Part shown: in pieces, positions 20,500-29,772 of the stretch
How the letters are laid out: each line of letters begins with the position of its first letter
Position numbering within the stretch: the first letter of the stretch is position 1
Source: Flavobacteriales bacterium
Lineage (GTDB): Bacteria > Bacteroidota > Bacteroidia > Flavobacteriales_D > Sanyastnellaceae
NCBI GenBank assembly: GCA_031378885.1
Contig: JANNEQ010000119.1
Span: 1 to 45,652 of the forward strand
Length of the DNA: 45,652 bases
Direction: 5' to 3'
Notes under the pieces: generated by a model
The model's input: the letters and a program-made list of their open reading frames with translations, nothing else
What the model was told of the DNA's origin: nothing
The model's database searches: none
Made by a program: the position numbers and the translations under genes

Positions 20500-21930
20500 T
20501 CAATCCTCCCTGCTTCCATCTTCTGCCATTCGTACCATTTTCGGTGTGAACCTCGCCACCACATCTACCAATTCGCGTTGGGCGGCCATCACGGTTTCAA
20601 TGTCCTTGTAAGCCATTGGCGCTTCATCCAGGCCTGCACCAATGAGCGTTACACCATGCTCCTGCAGAACAGCGCGCATTTGGTCATTGCTGATGTTTTT
20701 CTCCGCCGCAGTTCGACTCATCTGACGACCCGCACCATGCGAAGCCGATTGAATCGAATTGGCCTCGCCTTTTCCGCGAATCAGATATCCGGGGGCGGTC
20801 ATCGATCCTGGAATAATTCCCATCACACCTTTGGCTGCGGGCGTTGCTCCTTTTCGGTGTACAATCACTTCTTCGCCATTCCACATTTCTTTCCATGCAA
20901 AATTGTGGTGGTTTTCTACTTTGCCTAACACTTGTGCTCCCATGGCTTTTGTTAAGCGCTGGTGAATTACGTCATGACAAGCAGAGGCATATTCTCCGGC
21001 AAGATTCATGGCAAGCCAATACTCCTGACCTTCAGCGCTGTCGAGCATCAGATAGGCAAGATTCTCTGCTTCTTTTGGTAATTTGCAGAGTGACTTTGCA
21101 AGTTTGGTATAATGTCCCGCCATCATTGCGCCAAATCCTCTCGAACCACTGTGGCTCAGAAGTGCTACATAACGGCCCTTGTTGATGTTCAAAGGAATGT
21201 CGTTTTCTTCGAATTCAATAATTCCCCATTCCACAAAGTGATTTCCACCGCCTGACGTTCCAAGTTGGGCTGACGCTTTTTCCTGAAGTTGTCGGGTGTA
21301 ATTACTAATCCCGAAACTATCGTGCGATAGTACTTCGTGGTCGGCCTTCTCTCTTCCATGCCATGAATTTCCTGCACCAAATTTTGTCCATGCAAGTAAC
21401 TCCCACTTGTATTTACTTTGGTTTTGAATAAAGTGTTCTTCAGGTATATCGAAAATGGACAAGGCCATACGGCAACCAATATCCACACCAACTCCATAAG
21501 GAATCACGGCATTGCGCGTGGCCAGTACACCGCCAATGGGCAATCCATAACCCTGATGCGCATCTGGCATCAATGCACCGGCAACGGTTACCGGCAATTT
21601 CATGGCAACATCCATCTGTCGTCGCGCGCCTTCTTCAATATGGTCTGAACCATAAATGGAGTAGGCAGGAGCATTTTCGTTGAGATCTATAGTCTTTGAT
21701 TCTTCTATTGTCACCTGTTCTGCAATCATTGCATTTGCAATTTCTCCGTACAGCGCATCTTCAGCAAACACTTTCGGATTGACCAAAAGTGATTCAAGTG
21801 TTTGCAGAATTTCGTCTTCGGGAAGTGCAGAGAGTTTGGTCTCAAGGGCGTTCATAATATGCCCGATAATCTTTCCTTCCTGAAATCCAAGGGCCAGAAG
21901 TGTGGCTCCGTTTATTTTGTTTTGTGTCAT
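20500..21930 (-). CDS. rtcB: RNA-splicing ligase RtcB
   Basis: Conserved RtcB motifs are present: metal-binding His/Cys residues, HHNFAW, GSRGFG and SASHGAGR. The long ORF runs to 22008 but would translate through a strong hairpin at 22001..22025, so the Met at 21928-21930 is preferred. Confidence 0.88.
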   Translation of the reverse strand: MTQNKINGATLLALGFQEGKIIGHIMNALETKLSALPEDEILQTLESLLVNPKVFAEDALYGEIANAMIAEQVTIEESKTIDLNENAPAYSIYGSDHIEEGARRQMDVAMKLPVTVAGALMPDAHQGYGLPIGGVLATRNAVIPYGVGVDIGCRMALSIFDIPEEHFIQNQSKYKWELLAWTKFGAGNSWHGREKADHEVLSHDSFGISNYTRQLQEKASAQLGTSGGGNHFVEWGIIEFEENDIPLNINKGRYVALLSHSGSRGFGAMMAGHYTKLAKSLCKLPKEAENLAYLMLDSAEGQEYWLAMNLAGEYASACHDVIHQRLTKAMGAQVLGKVENHHNFAWKEMWNGEEVIVHRKGATPAAKGVMGIIPGSMTAPGYLIRGKGEANSIQSASHGAGRQMSRTAAEKNISNDQMRAVLQEHGVTLIGAGLDEAPMAYKDIETVMAAQRELVDVVARFTPKMVRMAEDGSRED

Positions 21931-22040
21931 TTCTTTTACAAATTTAATTGTTCTAAGGCGTTTTCTCCCGGTCTTTTTTTCTTCATAAACCTCATCGCTG
22001 CCCCTCATCCGAATTGATGAGGGGGCTGCGATTGTTGTAT

Positions 22041-23141
22041 TTATTTACCGGAAACAAATAACTTGTTCAATTGATCCGCTATCTGGCTTCCACCGGAAAG
22101 CGTAATGTGGTTGATCTTCTCTGTGATACGCTCTACGTATTCCATTTCTTTCAACTTCATCAGCATGGCGTTGTCTTCCATCAGTTTTGCTGTGTTCAAC
22201 AAGCTTCGCGTGGAAGCTGTTTCTTCGCGGCGCATGATGGTGTTGGCCTGTGCTTTTTTCTCCGCAATCAATACCTGGTTCATGATGTTCTTCATTTCAC
22301 CAGGTAAAATGATGTCGCGGATGCCTGCACTTTTTAATTCAACACCTAACTCAGCAGCTTTATCAGCCACAGTGTTCAGCATATTGGCGCCGATGCTGTC
22401 CTTCTTTTCCAGCAGCTCATCCAATGTATAGGAACCAACAAACTCGCGCAGTACCAATTGCATCAATACATAGAGTTGTTTGTCGAATTCTTTGTTGTCG
22501 TGCAGGGCCTTCACAATATCATTGATCTGGAAGTGCACATAGAAGTTGATGCGCAATGCTGCTTTGTCTTTTGTGAGAATTTCTTGTCCGGAAATCTCCA
22601 ATTGTTGCGTACGCATATCGACTTTTGTCATGGTCAATGTAGTGGCATTGATCCAGTAGAAATACGTTCCGGCTTCTTTCACTCCATCCAATTTTCCATC
22701 CACATAAAATAATGCCTTCTCATGCGGCGCAACAACGAACTGACGCAAATAAGGGCCAAACGCAGGGCGTGTGATGAGCATCTTATCAATGGCTTCATCC
22801 ATTTTATATTCTGCAAGGTTCACCATCTCAAATCGATATTCCGCCAAACCTTTCCAGAAAAGATGAACGCCCGGTTTTAGTATTTGAGTAAAGAGTTTGT
22901 TCATGAAACAGATTGCCATTTCATTGTCCTGTACTTCAATAATTTCTGTGGCCGCTACAAAGTAGGCATCTTGTTTCAATATGTTGATGTCGATACCTGT
23001 GGTAATAGGCAATCGCATGTCATAGCGGATCACTTCATAACTGAAAGGGAGCCAGTATGTGCCTTCATCAAGCATTTTGATATAACGTCCGTTCTGAACA
23101 ATCAATGCTTTGGTCCATGCCTGAATTCTAACTCTTTTCAT
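22041..23141 (-). CDS. SPFH/band 7 domain protein
   Basis: Band-7 core (LGVELKSAGIRDIILPGEMKNIMNQVLIAEKKAQANTIMRREETA) with a coiled-coil tail. Confidence 0.8.
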   Translation of the reverse strand: MKRVRIQAWTKALIVQNGRYIKMLDEGTYWLPFSYEVIRYDMRLPITTGIDINILKQDAYFVAATEIIEVQDNEMAICFMNKLFTQILKPGVHLFWKGLAEYRFEMVNLAEYKMDEAIDKMLITRPAFGPYLRQFVVAPHEKALFYVDGKLDGVKEAGTYFYWINATTLTMTKVDMRTQQLEISGQEILTKDKAALRINFYVHFQINDIVKALHDNKEFDKQLYVLMQLVLREFVGSYTLDELLEKKDSIGANMLNTVADKAAELGVELKSAGIRDIILPGEMKNIMNQVLIAEKKAQANTIMRREETASTRSLLNTAKLMEDNAMLMKLKEMEYVERITEKINHITLSGGSQIADQLNKLFVSGK

Positions 23142-23486
23142 TTGTTTATTTATTGCGCCTGTCTTTGCAGGCTGGGTTATACTTTTTTAGGTTAAAAAAA
23201 GAGAGGATGAAATCACTCACAGCACTGAATTGGAACCTGACTTGAGTATTTGCCTCAGTGAAAAGGAGCTTGCTTTTTCTTCAACAAATTGTGTTTGTCG
23301 AATTGGGTAGCTGCTTCTTACTTCGCAAAAACGGTATCTGTCTTGTTCGGATAAATTGCTGTTGTTCTTTTATCAAAACAATCGAACCGAATGATTTCAT
23401 TTCTCCTTTTTTGGATCGGTTTCTTTAATGAAGTAACCGTCTTCATGTTTGGATTTTGAGCCCATACTACCAGTGTTACGATTTAT

Positions 23487-23575
23487 AGTCGTATGAGGAA
23501 TCGAACCTCAGTTAAAACAAGTTGTGTTCTGCCACTGAACTATCCTTTGCGGGAGTGGGAATCGAACCCACGCCA
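23487..23575 (-). other. two adjacent tRNA-like 3' fragments (T-arm plus acceptor-like sequence)
   Basis: Reverse complements read TGAGGTTCGATTCCTCA and GTGGGTTCGATTCCCAC, matching the canonical T-stem-loop GGTTCGATTCC. A D-arm-like GTTCAGTGGCAGAAC is also present. I could not fold a complete cloverleaf for either: no matching 5' acceptor, and the anticodon arm is truncated. Confidence 0.35.
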
Positions 23576-23997
23576 TCAACACTCATTACACAGATTTTAG
23601 TCAGGCAGAATATGAAAAATCAATGACCAGTCATACTATGCAGTAGTTTTGGATACTACATCCGGGGCCTGCTGTTTCTATGTGCTTCTTTTTCCTTGCG
23701 GAAGTATTTTTGTGATACTAAAGACGCACTCTTTGGCATCATTGTATTTTTGCTGTTCGGAAATGTGTGTTTCAAAGAACGTTTCTTGTTTTATTTCCTG
23801 GACAAATGTTTCAACCATACTGCGCAACGGAATTGCGCAGATAAAAATAAATTTTGAATTGCTTGAAATATTTATGTAAGTGGCTGGTAAATAGTAGTTG
23901 TTCTAATTGATATTTTTTCATGAATTTTCTTGCTGCGCACATCTATTGCGCAGTAAATTGGAATTTCTATATTTGTCATCCAAAAAAGAGATAGATT

Positions 23998-25020
23998 ATG
24001 GCGATCAACAAACTTGCGCTTATCAGATATAAAACCATCGACAATTGTCTGCAGAACCGTTTCAGGAAGTGGACTCTCGAAGATTTGATGGAAGCCTGTT
24101 CGGACGCCTTGTTTGAATATGAGGGCATAACCAATGGCATCAGCCGGCGCGCGGTTCAATTGGATCTGCAGAATATGCGAAGTGAAAAGTTGGGCTACAA
24201 TGCCCCCATCGTTGTTACAAACAAGAAATATTACAGTTATAGTGAAGAATCCTACAGCATAACCAACATTCCGCTTACGCAACAAGACCTCGGCACGTTG
24301 CACGAGGTGGTTGGAGTATTAAAACAATTCAAAGGCTTTGGCTATTTTCAGGAATTGAACGGTATGATTACCAAGCTTGAGGATAAGATATACAAACAAG
24401 GACACAAGGGAAAATCTTTTATTGATTTTGAAAAAAATGAATTGCTCAAGGGATTGGAATTTATCGACCCACTGCATAAGTCGATGATCAACCGGAAGGC
24501 TTTACAGATTTCTTATCAGTCTTTCAAGGCGCGCCAGCCAATGGATTTTGTATTTTATCCTTATTTGCTGAAAGAATATAGAAATCGCTGGTTTTTGATT
24601 GGAAAGCGAAAATACCGGAATGATGTGGTAACACTGGCATTGGACAGATTGGTTGGATTTGTTGAATTGGATCGCGAAAAATTTGTAAAGCCGAACTTCG
24701 ATGTGACTTCTTTTTTCGATGATGCAATTGGCGTATCCAAAACCACCAACATGAAGAGCGAAGTGGTGACCATGAAAATTGAACGCACTCATTTTCCTTA
24801 TATTCTCACAAAACCCATTCATCCATCACAAAAAATAATTAGAGAAGAAGCTGATGGTGTAATATTTACTATTGAGGTAGTTTTGAATTTTGAGCTGGAG
24901 AGGGAGATTTTGGGATTCGGTCAATTTATCAGGGTGCTTGGTCCGAGGCGATTGAAGTCAGTTATGAAGAAGAGGCTTACTGATGCGTTGGGCCGATACC
25001 AGACTAATGTCTTAGAATAA
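23998..25020 (+). CDS. WYL domain-containing putative transcriptional regulator
   Basis: N-terminal helix-turn-helix-like region, and a central YPYLLKEYRNRWFLIGKRKY that matches the WYL (here WFL) signature. Confidence 0.5.
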   Translation: MAINKLALIRYKTIDNCLQNRFRKWTLEDLMEACSDALFEYEGITNGISRRAVQLDLQNMRSEKLGYNAPIVVTNKKYYSYSEESYSITNIPLTQQDLGTLHEVVGVLKQFKGFGYFQELNGMITKLEDKIYKQGHKGKSFIDFEKNELLKGLEFIDPLHKSMINRKALQISYQSFKARQPMDFVFYPYLLKEYRNRWFLIGKRKYRNDVVTLALDRLVGFVELDREKFVKPNFDVTSFFDDAIGVSKTTNMKSEVVTMKIERTHFPYILTKPIHPSQKIIREEADGVIFTIEVVLNFELEREILGFGQFIRVLGPRRLKSVMKKRLTDALGRYQTNVLE

Positions 25021-25028
25021 TAGGAAGT

Positions 25029-25985
25029 ATGAATGTATTTTTACAGGTTTTTTTTATGAAATTGAATTTGCTCATCTTTTTATTGGTTTATGGTGCTCCA
25101 TCACTTTTTTCGCAGGACACAATAATCGACCTGAATTTCGGTAAACTACACCGCTATTCTGATTTTGCTTCAAAATATGTTCAGCCCAGAAACATCGACA
25201 TCTGGATTTCGGATAATTATTGCGCGGACTCTTCTTACAATGTCATATATTTTCAGGACGGACAGAATTTATTTGATCCTGCTTTTGCCACTTCACCTGA
25301 CAAGTCCGAATGGCGCATTGATGAGTGTCTGGACTCAATGTACAGTGCAGATTTAAAGGATCAGATCATCATTGTGGGTATTTGGAGCACTGCCAACAGA
25401 CGTCCTGAATACTATCCGCAAAAACCTTATGAGGCTTTACACATGCCCAATGATGAGAATGTGAAGGCAGATATTGGTGGTGAACCAATAAGCGATATGT
25501 ACCTGAAATTTATTGTAAAAGAACTGAAACCATTCGTGGATAAAAAGTACTCAACCTACAAAACGGCTGCCCATACCTTTATTGCAGGATCTAGTATGGG
25601 AGGCCTTCTCGCCATGTATGCCATTTGCGAATACCCGAAAGTTTTTGGTGGTGCGGCTTGTATTTCTACTCATTGGGTGGGTTGCCCGAAATATAGAAAT
25701 CCGGAAGTTCCATCTACTTTTTTAGCATACCTGAAAGAAAATTGCCCTTCATTGAAAACACATAAATTTTATTTCGATAACGGAACAGAGGGGTTGGAAA
25801 TTGAATATAATGAATGGCAGATCAGGGCTAATTTTATAATGAATGATAAGTGGGCTGGTTATAATAATTGCGTCATTATGAGGGGTTTGGATCATGGCCA
25901 CAACGAAAAAGCATGGGCTTCAAGACTACCATCCGTCCTGAAATTTTTTTTCAAACCAGAGAAATTTGGTGTTGATTGGAAATGA
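25029..25985 (+). CDS. secreted esterase-family alpha/beta hydrolase
   Basis: Signal peptide, and IAGSSMGGLLAMY, a GxSxG nucleophile elbow typical of the putative esterase family. Confidence 0.75.
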   Translation: MNVFLQVFFMKLNLLIFLLVYGAPSLFSQDTIIDLNFGKLHRYSDFASKYVQPRNIDIWISDNYCADSSYNVIYFQDGQNLFDPAFATSPDKSEWRIDECLDSMYSADLKDQIIIVGIWSTANRRPEYYPQKPYEALHMPNDENVKADIGGEPISDMYLKFIVKELKPFVDKKYSTYKTAAHTFIAGSSMGGLLAMYAICEYPKVFGGAACISTHWVGCPKYRNPEVPSTFLAYLKENCPSLKTHKFYFDNGTEGLEIEYNEWQIRANFIMNDKWAGYNNCVIMRGLDHGHNEKAWASRLPSVLKFFFKPEKFGVDWK

Positions 25986-26003
25986 ATTTTCCCTCAGAAT
26001 TTA

Positions 26004-28757
26004 TTACCGCACCACCGTCACCGTTCCATGGCTGTGATCTTCATCCAGCATCGGCTCATTGTTCAGGTTAATAGCCACAATGGTCCAAAAGTACACACCA
26101 TCTGGCACATAATAATCGTCGCCACCTGTCCAAGGTTCTTCGGGATTGGTTGACTCAAATATTTTAACTCCCCAGCGATTAAAAATCTTCAGCTCGTATT
26201 GGGCGGCTCCTCTTACTTTTACTTCAAACACATCATTAATACCATCACTATTCGGTGTGAAAATATTCGGAATAAAAATGGAACTGCAATCCATGAATAC
26301 CACAACTTCATCTTTGGCTACACAAACTCCATCCGAAGCTGTGAGCACATAATTGGTATTCGATTGTGGCGTCACCAGAGCCGAACCATTGCCCAGATCA
26401 TTCAATGTTAGGTTACTTTCCCAAATCAATGTTCCTGTGCCGGTACCAGGAAGCAGAATGCCCAATGTACAATCTCCCACTGTGTCATTGCCTGCATCGA
26501 CATAAGGTGCAGGATGAAAGTTCAATTCATACTCTACTTCAGTAGAACAATTGTCTGCGGTAACAACTGCGCTGTAAGTTCCATCAGTACTTACTGTTAT
26601 AAAATCAGTTTGTTGTCCGTTCGACCATACAACGCTGTCATAAATTCCCTGCACCGATAATTGAACCGGAGTGCCTTCGCATGGATCGGAATTGTCTGCA
26701 AGAATTTGTACGTCAAGAGAGCCATTGAATGTCACTGTAACTTCATCAGTTTGCGGCGGACAGGCATCTGATGTGGCTATTACAGAGTATGTACCTGTTT
26801 GTGTGGCTGTGTATATCTGATTGGTTGCTCCGGGTATGGCCACACCGTTGAAATACCATTGAAGTTCGCCAACAGTTTCGGCGCTCAAATCTACCGGCTC
26901 GCAGGTATTAAAAGATACTCCGGGAGTAATCACCACAGGCAGGGGATCAACATAAATGATGGTCGTTGCCGGGGTTTGTTCTACACATCCATTAGCATCG
27001 GTTGCAACGAGCACATAAGTGCCCGATTCTGATGCCGTAAGAGATGGCGCCGTTTCGCCAATGACTACATCACCATTGAATAGCCATTGATAGGTAGTGT
27101 AAACTTCATTGGCAGAAATTTCCTGAATTTCTCCAGTACAAAAACTGTTCAACCCTTCGAGTGATAAGGATGGATCTGGACTTTGATTAACCGTTATGGT
27201 TATGGATTCTGACTCACCCGGACAGCCTGAAGTGTTGACAACGATGTTGTATTCGCCGGCTTCCGTTACCGCAAGGGTATATGAGTTAGCTCCGGGAATG
27301 ACAACACCATTCAAGTACCATTGATAATCGCTGAAAATTCCATCGGCGAATAAATCGGCCTGTCCATTTGTACAAATTGCCAGATCCTCATTTGGAGTTA
27401 TTGTAACTAATGTAGCACTTTCAAAATTAATTTGGGTAGAGGTTGATGTGGCGCTGCAATTGCCCACAGTAACTTCTACTGTATAAAGCCCACTTTGGGT
27501 GGCTATATAAGTATTGGAATTTGCACCATCGATATCTACTCCATCCAGCATCCATTGGTAAGTATTGAATCCGGCATCAACTGAAAGAAGTTGGTCTGTA
27601 CCCTCGCAAATTGAAATTAATCCGGAAGGCGTGATGTCTAATCCGGTGGAGGAAGCGACTACAACATCATAAGAATTCGAAATGGCCGAACAGCTCCCAT
27701 TGGTTACTTCAACCGAATAATTGCCGGTTGAGGTGGCCGTATAAGAATTACTGGTCTCACCGGGAAGAGCTACTCCATCGAGTAGCCATTGATAGGTGCC
27801 GGTTTCTGTGGTACTGAAAGTTACTTCTTCGTCTTCACAGAATTCCAGTGGGCCTGACGGATCAATAATAGGTTCAGGACTTACGCCAACTGTTATATAA
27901 TCTGTTTCGGTAGTTGTAAATACACCACAGCTTGTAGTAAGTGTAAGTATTACATCAAAATTACCTGGTGTTGAGTAACAAATACCAGTTGGAAATTGGT
28001 CGGGTGAAGTGATTGTTCCACTGCCTTCAAATGTCCACGACCAAGAATCGGCAGTTTCTGTTGAGGTATCGCTAAAATCAATACATTCTCCAACACAAAT
28101 ATTCTGTCCTGTGGCTGAAAATGTTGGAGTAATAATGGTAGCACCATTCGCAGCAGCAGGAGTTGGTGTGCAGGTTTCAAGCCAGGTTGAGCCTGCACCA
28201 CAGGCAAGAGAAATAGAGCAACCTTGTCCACCACCTGTGGGTAGTAAAACAAGATCCGGTGTATCAAGACCATTTACAGAAACACCATTGCAGGTTCCCA
28301 TTCCGGGTGTATTGATGTCCAGCGGAAGTTGGCCGGTTCCCCAATAAACTCCATCTACAAATTGGCCATTCGCATCTATAAGTCCGAGTTGCTCGTTGCC
28401 GTTGGTAAAAATACCAATGCCACTGCCATCCGCACAACCACAAGTGCCCCAATCAAGATCGACAGTAAATCCGGCATTTATACTGCCAAGAGTGAAATAT
28501 GCTCCGGGCGGGAGTATGGTTCCAATAGGAATGGTCACGGTAAAATCTCCGTCGCCAATAACCATACAACCTATATCTACAGGCTCTAAACATGTGTTGT
28601 AAAGTTCAACCCATTCGGCAGTATTGGGCGAATTGGAACCGTCGTTGGGTCCGGCTGCATTAATCATGATTTCATTCAGGACAATGCATTGCGAAAACAA
28701 CTGGTGGCAATTGGTCAGGGCCAGCACGACCATAATTAATCGAAAGTACTTCATCAT
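26004..28757 (-). CDS. large secreted adhesin-like protein: lamin-tail domain, multiple Ig/PKD-like repeats, T9SS type-B (gliding-motility-associated) C-terminal domain
   Basis: N-terminal LTD-like LNEIMINAAGPNDGSNSPNTAEWVELYN. Repeated ~75-aa units (YQWxLNGVxIPGAxxxxYTAT...GxYTVxV). C-terminal FIPNIFTPNSDGINDVFEV...KIFNRWGVKIFES is the CHU_C/type-B sorting domain. The likely start is at the MMKYFRLIMVVLAL signal peptide. Confidence 0.8.
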   Translation of the reverse strand: MMKYFRLIMVVLALTNCHQLFSQCIVLNEIMINAAGPNDGSNSPNTAEWVELYNTCLEPVDIGCMVIGDGDFTVTIPIGTILPPGAYFTLGSINAGFTVDLDWGTCGCADGSGIGIFTNGNEQLGLIDANGQFVDGVYWGTGQLPLDINTPGMGTCNGVSVNGLDTPDLVLLPTGGGQGCSISLACGAGSTWLETCTPTPAAANGATIITPTFSATGQNICVGECIDFSDTSTETADSWSWTFEGSGTITSPDQFPTGICYSTPGNFDVILTLTTSCGVFTTTETDYITVGVSPEPIIDPSGPLEFCEDEEVTFSTTETGTYQWLLDGVALPGETSNSYTATSTGNYSVEVTNGSCSAISNSYDVVVASSTGLDITPSGLISICEGTDQLLSVDAGFNTYQWMLDGVDIDGANSNTYIATQSGLYTVEVTVGNCSATSTSTQINFESATLVTITPNEDLAICTNGQADLFADGIFSDYQWYLNGVVIPGANSYTLAVTEAGEYNIVVNTSGCPGESESITITVNQSPDPSLSLEGLNSFCTGEIQEISANEVYTTYQWLFNGDVVIGETAPSLTASESGTYVLVATDANGCVEQTPATTIIYVDPLPVVITPGVSFNTCEPVDLSAETVGELQWYFNGVAIPGATNQIYTATQTGTYSVIATSDACPPQTDEVTVTFNGSLDVQILADNSDPCEGTPVQLSVQGIYDSVVWSNGQQTDFITVSTDGTYSAVVTADNCSTEVEYELNFHPAPYVDAGNDTVGDCTLGILLPGTGTGTLIWESNLTLNDLGNGSALVTPQSNTNYVLTASDGVCVAKDEVVVFMDCSSIFIPNIFTPNSDGINDVFEVKVRGAAQYELKIFNRWGVKIFESTNPEEPWTGGDDYYVPDGVYFWTIVAINLNNEPMLDEDHSHGTVTVVR

Positions 28758-29244
28758 TTTGTTAGTGGGCAAAAGCGGCGCAAAAGTATTCAACCGCCTA
28801 AAAATCTTGCCTCATGAAAGGTTAACGAATCGTCAACCTTAAAAAGGCCCGCGAATATCGTCATTATCTCACTATGCCTGCGGGCTTGTGTAAAAAATAG
28901 GGAATTGTTTTTTTGTTTTAAAATCAGCTCTTAATTGATTGTAAATTAAACTGTTGTGCGTATTTGGGTTTTCCTGAAAATCATTTAGTTTAATTTGGGC
29001 CACATTCGAAAGGCTCAATGGAAGACTTTTCAGCGCCATTAATGGATGTGGTGAACTGAAAGTCAGAAGAAAACAGTGTCCGTCGGGTTGAATCCTACTG
29101 CTCGATATGGGTCGAATCAAACTGGCATTCACAACCTCTAAGTGGTTTGCATGAAGCAAGAAAATTACATCAGTTATTCCTTAACTTGTGCAGAATGGAT
29201 TAATTTCGCACTTGTCGCTTGTACCTTAATTAAATAAGTTATCT

Positions 29245-29670
29245 ATGAGTAATTCAAATACCAGCTCTTCCAATACTACACAACCACCTGCTACAAAAAG
29301 TAAACTTCGTGGGTGGATCATCAAAATCAGCATTGGAATTCTGCTGGTACTGGGTTTGATTTTCTATTGGAATTACTACAATCCATATAGTGAAGGTGAG
29401 AGAATCGGCAAGGATTTAAAGATTAGCAACAAAGGAAATATTTTTAAAACCTGCGAAGGGTATTTTACGGAAGGTTGCCGCGATGTGGTTTCTAATCCGG
29501 TCACCTTTACATTTTCAGTTGCCGATAGTAAAGTAGAAGAAACACTTTTGCAATTGCAACTAGATCCGAATGCATGCATTCAGGTAACTTACAAGGAATT
29601 CAGGAAAACTTTATTCTGGAGAGGCGATAGCAAGTACATCATTACTAAGGCAAGTAAGTTGGAGAATTGA
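29245..29670 (+). CDS. hypothetical membrane-anchored protein
   Basis: ORF with a Ser/Thr-rich N-terminus, one TM helix and several Cys. Confidence 0.45.
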   Translation: MSNSNTSSSNTTQPPATKSKLRGWIIKISIGILLVLGLIFYWNYYNPYSEGERIGKDLKISNKGNIFKTCEGYFTEGCRDVVSNPVTFTFSVADSKVEETLLQLQLDPNACIQVTYKEFRKTLFWRGDSKYIITKASKLEN

Positions 29671-29772
29671 TCAGATCGAAAGTCTTTGTTTTTAATTAAA
29701 TGCGCGTCATATTATTTAGAAGCTACCGGCGCTTCCTTCAAATTATTTTTTAAATTGTGTCGTGAATTATTT

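Larger units (their letters stand above)
18625..20780 (-). repeat. tandem segmental duplication: [RtcB 3' end + downstream membrane-protein gene] x 2
   Basis: 19345..19625 is ~90% identical to 20500..20780, including GAGGACAT[T/C]AATCCTCCCTGCTTC and TGACGACCCGCACCATGCGAAGCCGAT. The two adjacent membrane-protein genes are diverged paralogs. Confidence 0.75.

Noticed and set aside
20376-21883. Several 60-116-aa ORFs overlapping or antisense to rtcB: 20376..20564, 20578..20928, 20684..20896, 20759..20965, 20844..21185, 21189..21497, 21418..21648 and 21680..21883.
   Set aside because: All lie within the well-supported RtcB frame or its reverse strand and have no motifs of their own.
23487-23575. 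Two complete tRNA genes on the minus strand.
   Set aside because: The T-arm, D-arm and 3' acceptor-like sequences are present, but neither fragment has a complementary 5' acceptor stem or a full-length anticodon arm when folded by hand. They are reported as tRNA-like fragments only.
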